Counted from the stretch's first letter, positions 14,192 to 28,540 are shown. The stretch is 64,000 bases of DNA from Octopus sinensis (GCF_006345805.1 NC_042997.1:122698001-122762000), one strand, 5' to 3'. A program made the numbers and translations. Notes: generated by a model from the letters alone, not told the origin.

Positions 14192-14232
<41 letters not shown>

Positions 14233-14249
14233 TGTATGTGTGTGTGAGT

Positions 14250-14855
14250 GTGTGTGTTGCTACAATGTGCTGATGAAGAGATCTAAAGCTATGATAACTA
14301 ACAGTGCCCTGTGCCTTTCGTCTACATCATCAACAACCATGAGTTTTAGGAGCAGTCCGTGTTGGTAGAGCCATGTCCCGAACATTCCTGGAAGACCTGA
14401 TCTATCAATCCTCATCAGCCACTCATCTGCTTGCTTTACAATACTGATGATATTGCTTGTGTCTGATAGCAACTTGTCAAACATCTTTCCGAGGTATTTA
14501 ATTAGAAGTTTCTTCTATTAACGGAATGGTCTCTCCTTGCACATGCAGCCTAATTTTCTTGGTTGCCTTAAACCCCACCATGACTAGCATGCTCCTTGAA
14601 TTTTTGGCTTAAACCTCATTCTTGCCCATGTCGCCATATCTTCTAGTGAAGTCAGCAGCCTTTTTGCATCCCCATGAGTTGCACTTGTTACTGTAATATC
14701 ATCCATGAAGCCCTTGATTGAGTGCACACTGTTGCCTGATTCCAATGTTTATCCTTGGGCCTCTCTATCAGCAGTTGATATGAGGAGATTCATACCCATG
14801 ATGAAAAGAATGGGTGAAGTCGTGCACCCGGTTATGATTCCTTTCTATATACTGT
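14250..14855 (-). mobile_element. Decayed RT fragment of an R2-superfamily (HERO-like) non-LTR retrotransposon
   Basis: Minus-strand KGIITGCTTSPILFIMGMN, IKGFMDDITVT and WLMRIDRSGLPGMFGTWLYQHG. RT is secure; HERO assignment is from recalled motif similarity. Confidence 0.7.
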
Positions 14856-16247
14856 AGCAACACACACACACACATATACAGATGTATATATTTATATATA
14901 CAAGAAAATGTATATATATTTGAGTATATATACACTTATTCCTTATATACGGGATTATTACCTAGGTGTTAGAATAAGCCTACAATAGAGAATTCCTTCA
15001 CTCATCTCCAAGATACTAGAACCACAATCATAAATGTGATAATACAAGTGATATAGACGTATCTTTTCCCTAACAATTTTAACTTTGCTAAATTCTTCTC
15101 TATCCCCAAATTAGAAATCCCAGTTTATATTGTAGCACCAATCTTTTCTACTGCAATATTAGTAATTTTCCTTCACACAGCTCAGAATACAAGAACACGC
15201 TGAAAGTGAAAATTCGTGATTATATCCGAAAGTATAGCCAGAAGAAACCATTCCCTACGTTCAAAATTATCTAAACACGAGAACATCATTTTCAACACAC
15301 AGAGAAAAGCATTTCAGAGACATATTCTCGCTACAAAACATTAACAACCTGAGTCTTATAGAGCAATTATCATCAGCGGTTCTGTCTCGAAGAGGCAATT
15401 ACACAAACCCTGAAGTGACGCTATTTAACAACTTCTTTAGTAACGACAACCCTGACATCAGATTACCTGTCGATGTGCAAGAATGGAAAATTATGTAGCT
15501 AAGAGATACATTGCCGAACAGCGTAACTAAATCCTTTTTTATTTCATCCTCTATGAATCCCACTTAAAGTAATCATAATTAGCTGCTGCGTTAAAAGTTG
15601 AATATTTCACCACCAATACGGGGATCGCACTGCCGAAGAAAGGGCGGGTTTGCTCTTTTTCTTTCCATGATCTCCTTAGTACAGATATAAAATACATATT
15701 ACTCAACAGCTATTGGGAACCAGTGTGTATATCAAGAAAATTTGTTTATTCTTGTTTTCCGACGATGAACTCAGACGCCTTTACGGTTTAGAACGCCTTC
15801 AAAATTTAATCTTCATTCAAGTATGTCTCTCTTACCCCCACCGATTAAAAACTGTGCTGGCACCTATTTATAGACGTATTGATTAACATATGTGCAAACT
15901 ACACCCCATTCTGGCTCACAAGCAAAAATAGATGCACGACCACACGATAGAGTAATATACTCATCAGAAAAGTAAAATGGATTAATGAGAAAAAAAACAA
16001 AAAAAAAAACGTTCATTAAGCTAAAATACTACTGTTGGCATCATTTTATCTAAAGGGTTACATTTTCAGAAAAAAAAAAATCATTTGATATTTCATTAAT
16101 AACATCATGAATCTCCGTAGAAGACTGGTGATTGCAACAACTGGAGAGGATCCGAAAACATTCTTTTTATTTACAAAGACAAAAGGAAAAAGAAAAAAAA
16201 TACTGCTAAATTTTTCATCCATCGTTCGACAGCGATTACAATGACGT

Positions 16248-16461
16248 ACTCTTTTATTCTTTTACTTGTTTCAGTCATTGAACTGTGGCCATGCTGGAGC
16301 ATTGACTTTAGTCGAGCAAATCGACACCAGGACTTCTTCTTTGTAAGCTTAGTATCGGTCTCTTTTGCCGAAACGCTAAGTTACGAGGACGTAAACACAC
16401 AAGCATCGGTTGTCAAGCGATGTTGGGAGGACAAACACAAACACACACACACACACACACA

Positions 16462-16529
<68 letters not shown>

Positions 16530-16865
16530 GCTGTGTGGTAAGTAGCTTGTTTACCAACCATATTGTTCCGGGTTCAGTCCCACTGCGTGGCATCTTGGGC
16601 AAGTGTCTTCTACTATAGCCTCGGGCCGACCAAAGCCTTGTGAGTGGATTTGGTAGACGGAAACTGAAAGAAGCCCGTCGTATATATGTATATATATATA
16701 TATATATATGTGGCTGTGTGGTAAGTAGCTTGTTTACCAACCATATTGTTCCGGGTTCAGTCCCACTGCGTGGCATCTTGGGCAAGTGTCTTCTACTATA
16801 GCCTCGGGCCGACCAAAGCCTTGTGAGTGGATTTGGTAGACGGAAACTGAAAGAAGCCCGTCGTA

Positions 16866-16910
<45 letters not shown>

Positions 16911-17290
16911 TTGTGTGTGTCTGTGTTTGTCCCCCTAGGATTGCTTGACAACCGATGCTGGTGTGTTTATGTCTCCATTACTTAGCGGTTCGGCAAAAGA
17001 GACCGATAGAATAAGTACTGGGCTTACAAAAGAATAAGTCCCAGGTTCGAGTTGCTCGATTAAAGGCGGTGCCCCAGCATGGCCGCAGTCAAATGACTGA
17101 AACAAATAAAATAGTAAAAGAGATATATATACGACGAGATTCTTTCAGTTTCCGTCTACCAAATCTACTCACAAGGGTTTGATCAGACCGAGAAAACAGT
17201 ATAAAAACAATTGCCCAAGGTGCAACGCAGTGGGACTGAACCCGGAACCATGTGGTTGGTAAGCAAGGCGTTTACCACACAGCCACCCCC
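16248..17290 (-). mobile_element. SINE family 1 outer copy (head 17132-17290, tail 16248-16445), split by a nested plus-strand copy
   Basis: Minus-strand head and tail modules flank a complete plus-strand copy. Confidence 0.75.
16527..17120 (+). mobile_element. SINE family 1 full-length copy with tandemly duplicated tRNA-derived head
   Basis: Identical heads at 16527-16680 and 16710-16863 (A-box-like TGGCTGTGTGG, B-box-like GGTTCAGTCCC), then (AT)n(GT)n, then tail. Confidence 0.88.
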
Positions 17291-17319
17291 ACGCCTATCA
17301 AAAACTCAGGCGAAATGCC

Positions 17320-17520
17320 TATTTCTTTACAACCCACAAGGGGTTACACACAGAGGGGAGAAACAAGGAGAGACAAACGGATTAAGTCGATTATATCGAC
17401 CCCGAAAGGATAAAAGGCAAAGTCGACCTCGAAAGAATTTGAACTCAGAGACATAGCGACAGACGAAATACCGCAAAGCATTTCGCCCGGCGTGCTAACG
17501 CTTCAGCCAGCTCGCCGCCT
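17320..17520 (-). mobile_element. SINE family 2
   Basis: Ends in ...gccagctcgccgcc, the reverse complement of the GGCGGCGAGCTGGC head. Confidence 0.85.
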
Positions 17521-18111
17521 CACATAGTACAGATTCTACAGAGTTAATACAGCTTTGTCTTCAATGGTTCCGATGTTCATTTAAGTATTATTGAGGAACT
17601 ACTCTTCAGCATACTCTATATAACAGACTTTTGACACTACGTGTATTAATGCAGCACTGAAATTCAATTCAGTACCGGCTCTTTATTGATTCCCAGCAAG
17701 TCTAATAGTAAAATTTTAGATACTGTTAACTGAGTCGTTTTGCCGAACAGATTATCTAAAGTTAGCATCCCTAGTAACAAATAATAATAGTTGAAGTGTC
17801 TCTTGATAAACAAAACACATATTTCAATCAATGGAAGTTACTTAAGACCTACAAATGTCATTAGAGTTGTTCTATATTATTTACGTAAGTACCATTATAT
17901 ATATCATTAAAAATGGTAAACTACAATTTTTGCGGATGATCGTTAAGTTCCAGAAAGTCTTCTTTGGATTACGTAACGGAATAAAAAACAAATCAGAGAA
18001 CAAGATGCTAAACATAGAAAAAACACATTGGCTTTGGAAAAGAAAATATCTGTTGGTTTGTTTACATCACCGTCATCTAGTAGTTCGCCAAACAAACTGA
18101 TAACATAAGTT

Positions 18112-18429
18112 TTCTTTTCTCGCCCTTTTGAAGCCCAGCCAGGCTCATGGGTCTGGTTTCCCGGTTCCCCGGTTTCTGTGGCATGTGTGCTCCCCCCAGC
18201 TGGACGGGACGCAAGTCCATCGCAGCGTTACAAGAAGCAGGTAGAGAGAGTGATAGAAAGTTGTGGAGAAAGAGTACAAGAGGGGTCACCATCACCCCCT
18301 GCCGGTGCCTCGTGGAGCTTTTTAGGTGTTTCGCTCAATAAACACACACAACGCCTGGTCTGGGAATCGAAACCGCGATCTTCCGGCCGTGAGTCCGCTG
18401 CCCTAACCACTGGGGCCATTGCGCCTCCA
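18112..18429 (-). mobile_element. SINE family 3, tRNA-derived
   Basis: Minus strand GGAGGCGCAATGGCCCCAGTGGTTAGGGCAGCGGACTC...GGTTTCGATTCCCAGACC (A and B boxes) followed by a non-tRNA body. Confidence 0.8.
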
Positions 18430-20635
18430 GGATAACATAAGTATCAGGCTTTAAAAATGTATTAGTGTTGATTTCTTCGCCTCAGGCGGTGCCCCAGCAA
18501 GACGTGTCGAAAATATCAAAGTTGTAGATATAACTCTGAGTAAGAGCCTAAGATGTCTATACTTCAACAATAAAGTAGATATGGTCAGTTACTTATTGAT
18601 TCTTAGAAGTTCCAGTTTAGATATCTAGATTCAACACTGCTTAGTGCTCCCAAAGTAGTATTCTGAGCACTAAGCACTGTTGTGTATAAATGCAATGTTA
18701 CTATCATTTCAAATATGCTTGGGGTACGTTTGGACTCGTGAATAAAACATTTACTGTGTTTTGCCATGGAGAAGATTTCTTGCTGTAGATAAATGGCGTC
18801 AGGTCTCAACTTGGATAACACTGGCATCTGAGATCTCCATGAACCAAACAGAAAGCACAAATTGAAGGGACCACCCACAGGGAAATACTGAAAAGCCTTT
18901 GATATGGGCATCACCTGAAATAGCTGTATCGTAAATCCTACAAAATGTGTACGATGTGGAATGTGTACAAATTTTCAAGAATGTCCATAGTAAGTTCACG
19001 ATACAAAAAACTGATTGACTCAAGACTCATACACTTTCTTCAAAAGTAAAAGTCAAATCGAATTTAAAAATGTAAAACACATCTTTCATGGCAGCACCTT
19101 GTCCTACTATATCTAACATTACCCCGAGAGATTAAAAAAAAGAAAAGCAACATGATATTCGGACGGTACCTGGACAAATTCCTTCAAGAAACACTAGACA
19201 AATAACCGATACAGTGATACATCAACTCCTTACATTAGTGAGCAATAATGTCTCAAAACATAATGGTAAATTCGTCATGACCAGCTCTATTAATTGCCAA
19301 AGTTTATTATGTTATATGAAGCTCTCAGTACGCATATTTCTCAGCAATAAAGTCAAGGTAACACTACAGCAGTTACGAATAATATCTCATTAGAATTTTG
19401 AAATTTCTCAGGTGACTGGTAGTTTCCTATTGCAATACAGATGACACTGAATATGATTTGCGCCATATATAATATTTCCACTTGTATATACAACTCGGTA
19501 ATATGTAATATAAAGTCTGATAATATTATTAACAATACGTTATCTAATAACATAGGGGTGGGATAGTCTTTCTTTGTAACCCATATTTTATGAAATGTTT
19601 ATTCGGAGTTTGATGTAGTAGGTCACAGGTCTAGTCGGTAGTTATTGAATGAAACTTATAGGAGATAATTTAATATTAGACGTTGGTTGCAATAATATAG
19701 ATTCAGATGATGTTGAACAGTTATCATAGACAATTTCCTGTTTATAAGGCTTCGTCTCAATATCATTGTAGTTCTAATCAACCCCAGCAAACCCCTTCCG
19801 ATTTCTGCTATCAGTTCCATCATTAGGTTTACTGACTCTGACCACTTCTCAACACCACGCAAGCAGGTATAAATGCCCTCCACCTCCAAAAACCTTGTAC
19901 ACCCCACATTCTCCCCCAGGGTACACTACCATTAGAAACGAGATTAATATCTACTTCTATTTCCCATCTTCTGTCTACTTCGCTGCTTAAAACACACTGC
20001 TTTCCTCCAGTGCCTGACGAAGCCGTAGTGAGAAACAAAATAAATTTTGTTGGAGTCGAAGTTCTGGGTTACCATACACACATGCACACCTCAGCCTGCG
20101 CGACACATACACACACATACACTCATATGTATGTACATCTATATCTATGAATTATGTATGTATGTATTTTTGCATGTATGTATTGTGTAAGTGTGTGTGT
20201 TTGTATGTATGTGTGTAATTAGATTTAATTGATAACAATTTCTTGATTACATTAAGCTTCTTAAAAATAAATATAGGTTTCATCTGCTCTGATATTGCTC
20301 TCAATATTTATAATTTGATTGAATTTCGATTTGAACTGCGCCCGATTCCATTCTTGCATGATATCGAACTTAAATGATTCACATTATTAATAACAAATTT
20401 CTGTGAGTACTCATGAAGAATTTGCGATAACAAAAGTCAAACCGAACACTTTCATTTAAATATTAATTGAGTCAAATATTTTAACATGCCACTTCACAAT
20501 ATTCACTCGCTGAATATGATCCCCATATTTTCTTATATATACAATATAAACAAATAATTCCTAGTGTCTTATTATCTTCTGAATTACATATTTCCAACGC
20601 TTGTAATTTCTAACTTCAGTTCCAGTCCCGCAGCA

Positions 20636-20800
20636 AATTATAGCTTGACACCAATAGGTTTCGTAAATATGTGTAATTATAGTTTGACACCATCAGATTT
20701 CGTAGATAAGTTTAATTATAGTTTGACACCAACGGCTTTCGTAAATAAGTGTAATTAAAGCTTGACACTAACAGGTTCCATAAATATGTGTAATTTTAGT
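20636..20800. repeat. 39-bp minisatellite, ~4.2 diverged copies
   Basis: aatta(t/a)ag(c/t)ttgacac starts at 20636, 20675, 20714 and 20753; partial at 20792. Confidence 0.9.
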
Positions 20801-21057
20801 CACATTTTTTCACTAATCAGAACATATATTAGCATGTGTGCCTACAGTTAACCTTTAATACATCATAGGTTGTGTCATAAATGCATATGCCCAATAGCGT
20901 AGTAATACATTTAGTATATCAATCTACTGAGCGCGAACATTTCCTCTCATTAAAAACACTAACCAAAATTATCAAATATTAAGTAGCTACACAGACACAT
21001 ATTTACGTGTTACACTTTATACACGTAAGCGAAAATAATACACTTTGTATCTATCAC

Positions 21058-21094
<37 letters not shown>

Positions 21095-21122
21095 ATCTAT
21101 CTATCTATCTATCTATCTCCCA

Positions 21123-21154
<32 letters not shown>

Positions 21155-21443
21155 GTTCTCTCTCTCTCTCTCTTTCTTTATATATATATATATATATATA
21201 GGATAACATCTTTATAAGAATTTATCAAGTAGTTACCGTGAAAAACTTCATAAGGGAAAAATCCATCAATTATTCCTCTTAAATATATTTAGTTATATTA
21301 AGGACATTACTATACATACATGCCTCACGCTAGGAGGGACTCTTAAAGTCAAAACTACCATGATAAATGTACATATTGTACCGAACGCGAGGGAATGCAA
21401 TTCTCGAAGCGAGCATTTTAAAACCAGAATTCATATATATATA

Positions 21444-21503
<60 letters not shown>

Positions 21504-21679
21504 CGTTTAAATATTTGTTGTGCAAGATTTTTTATGTGAAGTCGTGTGTTGAAACAGATATTGTTATATTTCGGAATGGTCATTTTGCCAGTTTAGCCAA
21601 TAAAAACACATGCACTATATATTTGGTGTTATTTTGCTTCAGTGATATTTATTTTTTACTTTAATCTTAATCTTATTTC

Positions 21680-21723
21680 GACCAGAGTTCTTTCGTCACA
21701 CTCCTGTGACCGCATTAGTGGTC
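21680..21723 (-). ncRNA. Degenerate minimal type I hammerhead-like motif
   Basis: GACCA CUAAUGC G GUCAC AGGAGU GUGAC GAAA GAACUC UGGUC: stems I and II perfect, core mutated at G5 and A9. Confidence 0.45.
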
Positions 21724-22091
21724 CTTTGTTTTCTTCTTTCTTATTTGTGTCTCTCCTTACTAACCGTCAGCTATTTTGTATTTCTATTGTATGTCTTCAT
21801 TTGCGCATGCTTATATCTCTATGTGCGTCTATGTTTATTTAGTATGTGTGTGTGGGGGGGATGCATGTAATATTTGTATCTTCTGTTGATATACATTCAT
21901 GTAATTTGTATTTTGCTTTTGTTGTTGTTGCTTTTGTTCTAATTTTGTTCATGTGTTTACATCCACCCATTATTATCATTTCATATGCTTGTATGTATAA
22001 CAACAATATTAGTAATAATAATAATAATAAATCTAATCGAAAAAAAAATGTAATCGAAAAAAAATATATATATACACATATATATACACAT

Positions 22092-22153
<62 letters not shown>

Positions 22154-22337
22154 CATACACATATACATAGATATATATACATATATATAGTTATTCATTT
22201 CTATTTGTTTATTTATCTGTGTATTTATTATGTTTTCGAGATCCTCTATCGTCATATGTTGTGGTGTGTGCTATTGCTCCATTCTAGTTTTCTATTCAGG
22301 CTAGGTTTAATTCAATTCTGAATTCATAATACAAAGA

Positions 22338-22339
<2 letters not shown>

Positions 22340-22379
<40 letters not shown>

Positions 22380-22467
22380 TAATAATATAATAATAATAAT
22401 AACAACAACAACAACAACAAAACAAGAACAAGAACAACAACAACAACAACAACAAAACAAGAACAAG

Positions 22468-22503
<36 letters not shown>

Positions 22504-22527
22504 AATAATAATAATAATAATAATAGT
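22340..22527. repeat. (AAT)n/(AAC)n microsatellite
   Basis: Direct reading. Confidence 0.95.
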
Positions 22528-22539
22528 AAAAACGAAACA

Positions 22540-23640
22540 AATTATCATATGCACAGCGTTGTTCTGAGATAAGTTTAGATTCATGTTTATTCCCAAATGT
22601 AGCCAAGTCTGTGATATTAAAATTTGTCTCTCTTGCAATGTTTCTTGAAGTTACATCAGTAAGTTGACAATTTGTTTTTTGGCAATCCAGAGCCAGACTC
22701 TTGCAAATTTTTACTTCATATCGTCTAGTTCAGTCAGTGCTTGGCTAAACATTGATGTCTGGGTTTGCCTGTTGAACGGCATACATTAAGTCCTCCGTCA
22801 TGTCCTCACGATGTTTCATCGTAGGAGACTGCCAAGTTGACACATGTTCAGTATAGTTTCAAAAAGGTTACGTAGTTTTCCTTGAGAATTTGATACTGAT
22901 GGTTTTTTGATAGCATGCTTTCCTATAAGATTCATACTCATGACCATTTACCCTCCTCGAATTTCGGAATGATTTAGAACCATGTACTTCATGGAAAAGG
23001 AGCCGTAAGTAGTAGCATTCTGTTTGGCTGCGGGAGGAACATTGTAAACTCTTGCAAGTACATCAGCTCCACATATCCTCTTGTGCCATTTATTGTTTCT
23101 CCAGATGTAATATTTGGGTAACTGTGGGTAAAGGAGTGTTTTTGCATTTTTATCTACTTGCCAGAACATAAAAATGCAGTAAGGGTAGCCTCTTTTAAAG
23201 AATGTGATTGTTGCAAAGCTGTTTGTTTTGTAAAGATAATTCTATGGCCATTCTCTATATGGACACTGAGATGAATCATTACTGAGTGCTTCTCACGAAT
23301 GGGAAAATTAATGATGCGCCAGAAAGCCTCGTTAGTACGGATGTGTCTTCCTCTGTCATACTGTGCATCTTCGTCATTTTAATTCAACGGTTGACTGCCA
23401 TTTTGCATAAGAGTGCATGTTGCAGCATCTCAGCCTTTGTTTATAAATTTGCAAACACACTTCTTAGAGTTAACAGAGTTTCAAAATTCAACATTGACTC
23501 TGGCTACCGGTACTCATTTTTGCTTCACTGTAGAATACTGATCATCTGCGTCTACCACGACTCCTCTTGTAGAGTGTGAGAGGAATGTTCTCGGAAACTT
23601 TTTCGAAAATTAAAATGGGTATTAAATGAAAAAATGTGTT
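22540..23640 (-). mobile_element. Helitron RepHel pseudogene fragment (between the Rep and helicase domains)
   Basis: Minus-strand VNVEF..SVNSKKCVCKFINKG, GRHIRTNEAFWRIINFPIREKHSVMIHLSVHIENG and TLLYPQLPKYYIW..LARVYNVPP; broken by stops and frameshifts. Confidence 0.88.
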
Positions 23641-23895
23641 ACGTGAATATCTTCACAAATGTGATTCGAATAAACAGCGATTGTGGAACACCTGACGCAG
23701 GAGGACGGTATCAAACTTCAAATGAAATAGGCATATGTGAGATAGAGAGAAAGTGAGAGAGAAGGGCTGTGTTGTCATGTAAACGTACATGCATAAATAA
23801 ATATGCATACATTTTCGTATGTATGTGTGTGTGTGTGATAGAGAGAGAGAGAGAGAGAGACAGACAGAGAAAGTGAATGTCACTTAAACATCACC

Positions 23896-23937
<42 letters not shown>

Positions 23938-24489
23938 AGCATACACACATACATAAATGTGTACAGATGTACTTACAAAAACTCACATGCGCGTATGTGA
24001 GAGAAAGAGAGGAGGAGAGAGAACATTGCAAACAATAAATAAAATAAACATGAAATGAAACAATCGTTTTAATAAAAGCTCTTGTACCAAATATTTAAAT
24101 TTGTGAACTTAGTAAATATTTATTTTAATAATGTATCATAGATGTTTGCAAATAGTGAGTTAAAATTTGAAATGAAAACATCAACATAGAGAGTGAGAGA
24201 TTTAGCAAATGGAAACGGAAAATTTCGCCGTTGCTGCATCAATAGCGGAAGTTCACATTCATAAAACTTTCTAAAGAGGTGAATCACATATAAAGCAATA
24301 TCATTTATTTTCAATAAAAGAAAAGTATATTGAAGATCCTATTATGTACTCGGAGTTAAATTATTTATGCATCCCAAGTCTGGGAGCAATTCGTGCAGCC
24401 GTTTGCAAATACACACACACAGAGGTCTATTTTATATAAGGTATACACACACACACACACATATAGGTGTTTGTATGTGTATATACATG

Positions 24490-24530
<41 letters not shown>

Positions 24531-24830
24531 ATGTATATAAATTTATACTTAGGAATATGTATATATATAGAGACATATACTCGTGTATATATATATATAT
24601 ATCAATAAATATATATACATTTATATGTAAGTATTGAGGTCTCTTTCTTTCTTTTGTTACCTTACCGTTTTATCAATACATTTATATGTATATATTATTT
24701 ATTTATTCTGTTGTATCTGTAGAGAATCATTATATGTATATGTATGTGTATATATATATATTATATATATATATGTGTGTGTGTGTGTGTGGTGTGTGTG
24801 TGTGTGGGTGTTGTGTATATGTGTGTGTGC

Positions 24831-24895
<65 letters not shown>

Positions 24896-24989
24896 GTATA
24901 GACGTGAATATTTTTTCATACATCGATATACCTACTTGTGCATTCATATAACGTATGATTAATGCAATTAAATTACGTTACGCATTTGC

Positions 24990-25565
24990 CTAGAATAAAA
25001 TAATACAAATATCTTCTCACAATCAGACTAGAAAACTCCAATAAATATTTATGGCAAACAATGTTTCAATCCAAAGCAAACTCAAACACACAGTTTAAAT
25101 ATTTTAAAATAGAATCTCATTCCACCAACTTCAATTTAAACAAAATATGTGTTACACTGAGTGAGTAAATACTGCGCTTACAAACATTCTTTTCGAAACA
25201 TGAAACATAACAACAAAACCCACGGCATGCAAAAACTGTCGTGATCAGAATCTGCCATACATTAACTGGAAATAACTGTTTTCTCAGCTACTTCTAAATT
25301 GGCCAGAACGATACAAAGAACACAAACTCTCATTAAACAAAACACATACCTTACCCCATATCAAACAGATATATATCTTACTATATTCCCCTTCCAATAT
25401 TTCTGCTTCTCTGATCTACCTACACCACGCCCAATTATCATTTCACATTACTGTACATATCCACTTTCCTAAATCAACTTGCTTCATGAAACAAGGAGAG
25501 ACAAGACTCCAAAATCTAATGTAGCACAGTCTGACGAGGGGAGGTAAACGAAACTTTCGAAGCCA
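24990..25565 (+). mobile_element. Possible highly decayed Penelope-like 3' remnant
   Basis: ERYKEHK-like peptide near 25305-25330 and terminal CTGACGA...GAAAC at 25531-25554; weak. Confidence 0.3.
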
Positions 25566-26382
25566 ATGATGACCTTTCACTTGGCAAAGCTATTGAGGAA
25601 CTATTCAGTTTAGTGTTATGTTTTGATATTTGGCTTCCAATATGCATTCATACATACATATGCATCTGTGTGTTTGTTTGTGTGCGTGTTCGAGTGTGTC
25701 TGTATATATTTATGCATATATATGGGTGTGCCTGCCTTTTTTTGCTTATAGACATACGCATGCATATTCATATATGAATATTTGTGTGTGTGTGTGTGTG
25801 TTTGCTTGTACATGTGTGTGTGTGTGTGATAGCACGTCTGTGGGCCAATTTCCAAACTAATTACAACGATGCATATCTTACTTCTTTTTAATCTTTGTGG
25901 ACATTCTACTGTGGGTTCAAATTTCGAGTTCATCATTGATTTTACTTCTGATAATTCTAGAAGGAACAAACGGCATGCAATCATTTCTTGACTTTCTCTA
26001 AGTCTCTCTGTTTATTTCTCTTCAGTTGGAAAAAGAAATCACGGTTAGTCACCTAGGAGATGCATGAATGCCGACAAACCGAAGCGACACAATTATGTTA
26101 CGTCTTCGGCTTTGGGTTCCCAACAGAGTTAAGGACGTATAGCATTACATAATATGCTTCATATGTAAGTGTGTTTGAGTGTGTGTGTGTGTGTGTGTGT
26201 GTGCGTGTGTGTGTATATTTGTGTTGGTGTGCGTGTGTGTATAAACTCTCATAAAAATACGCACATATACATATTTTTATATATGTATAAGTATATATTT
26301 AGACCTATATATATATATATATATATATATATGGATGTATGTAGACCTATATACATACACACACATATATATATATATATAT

Positions 26383-26435
26383 ATTTTGCTAAGACTTAAT
26401 CATAATTATGTTTATAATTATAATAATTTTATATT

Positions 26436-26513
<78 letters not shown>

Positions 26514-26567
26514 AATATAAGAATTATTATAATTATAAACATAATTATGATTAGGTCTTAGCAAAAT
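26383..26567. repeat. 185-bp near-perfect palindrome with a (TA)n centre
   Basis: attttgctaagacttaatcataattatgtttataatt... / ...aattataaacataattatgattaggtcttagcaaaat; 2 mismatches in the unique arms. Confidence 0.92.
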
Positions 26568-27004
26568 TGTTTCACCACATACAGAAATATAGAAATAGCA
26601 GATAAATACTATTTTACTACCATAAGATATCTCCCAGACAGCAATACTCCCAACTCACACAGGCAAAGATTAACTATATGCGCGTTTCTGGATTAAAGAT
26701 ATGTAAAATAACTCATACCTTATTTCCGTCAACAGTATAGCATTTCAAATATATATTTGAGAGCACGACTAAGCGCCATCGAAAAAAATTAATATATATA
26801 AAAGAAAACAGTACTTCTGAATTCATACAGATGAGTTAGGGCTCTCACCTTCCCCCAATCACCCACGTGCGTTACGAGTAATCCTACAGAAACTGCAGTT
26901 TACTATCAGTTTATTAACTATGTTTATAATTATAATATTTCTTGTAGAAGTTTACCGGAAATGGGTTTTTTCACATGCCGAACTACATGGTAAGTTTATT
27001 ATTA

Positions 27005-27059
<55 letters not shown>

Positions 27060-27562
27060 TATTATTATTATTATATACATACATATACATCACATAATAC
27101 ATACATGCGTGCATAAATACATAGAAGAGAGATAAAAGGGATTAATAAATATGCGTGTGTGCTGCTACGCGAATGTTTGGAAGTGTATGTATAAATTCTT
27201 GTGCGTGGAGGAATTTGTCGATAAAGAATATAGCATACAACTCTGCAGCTAACCTTAGCCGGGAGTTATTTTGAGACATTTGTGTTTATTTATCAGCTGT
27301 CACTCCTTAGTATTTCCTACTTCTTTGCTTCTTTGTGCATAATCCTCGAATGCAGATAACACTAGCATAGCATTTTTCGTGGTAATATGAAAAGGTTTTG
27401 ACAAAACATGCATTGGTATGGAGTATGTTCAAAATTACAAACACAGATATGTCAGAAAAACGCATATACATATGTATGTTTTCACACATACACAAACGAT
27501 TCTATATCTCTATCTGTCTACGTATATCTATATCATTCAATCCTTTCTTATCTATCTGCTTT

Positions 27563-27710
<148 letters not shown>

Positions 27711-27820
27711 CCTTTCTCTCCATCTATCTATCTACTTACATATATACATACACACATAAATATACACATACATGCATGTGTGTGTGCATCTAAGTATCTA
27801 TCTTTCTATCTATCTATCTA

Positions 27821-27858
<38 letters not shown>

Positions 27859-28540
27859 CATATGCACACACACACATATATAAGTATACATATACATGCA
27901 TATGTGTGTGCATCTAAGCATAAATAATATTACTTAAGTGCATTAATTTATTTATATGTACACGCCTGTATGTATGAATATATTATACGGAGAGTTTTTT
28001 TTAAATAATGTTTAGTAAGTCTGTGAAATTTAGAGATCATATCCCTTACAGTGATACGATCGCTACACTCCATTTGCAATAATGGAAATGCTAATAATTA
28101 GGTTTCAAAATGTACTGCCAATTTGTCCTGTTGTTAGATTGGCAGTGTAGATAGCAAGTTCTTTGCATATTCTCTGTATGTTAAATAACCTCCTACTTTC
28201 AGTGAATAATTCTCTCACAAGTGTTTCTCTTGTGAAATTATTGATTTATTTGACTATATAAAAAGGCCAAGTGTTTTAGGACTAGCATACGGAGGAATGT
28301 GTAGTTTACAAAAATGTTGCTGTAGCTTATTTTTGGAAAAGTCAGTGAGAAGTAAAATGAAGACAGGAATTACATTTTCCATGCACTTTTTTTTTATGTG
28401 ATATCTCAAGTATTCTTGTCAGACCACCATAAAACCTGCTGTTAATGATGATTATATCTAATTAATACTTTAAAGCAGACCATCATAGAAAGGCATTAAA
28501 GCCATTGTACCTTGTCTTAAGACAACAGTTTATAGACATA

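Noticed and set aside
15100-15560. Possible decayed Penelope-like remnant
   Set aside because: Only a vague R..EH-like peptide and composition bias; insufficient evidence.
18603-19023. Two overlapping minus-strand ORFs in unique-looking DNA
   Set aside because: No recognisable motifs or splice structure.
20014-20040. CUGACGA...GAAAC motif (similar ones at 25531-25554 and ~43215-43250)
   Set aside because: Stem I and/or stem II cannot be formed convincingly; at most remnants of PLE terminal repeats.
20636-20800. CRISPR-like periodicity
   Set aside because: The variable parts are homologous to each other rather than unique spacers; eukaryotic context and no cas genes.
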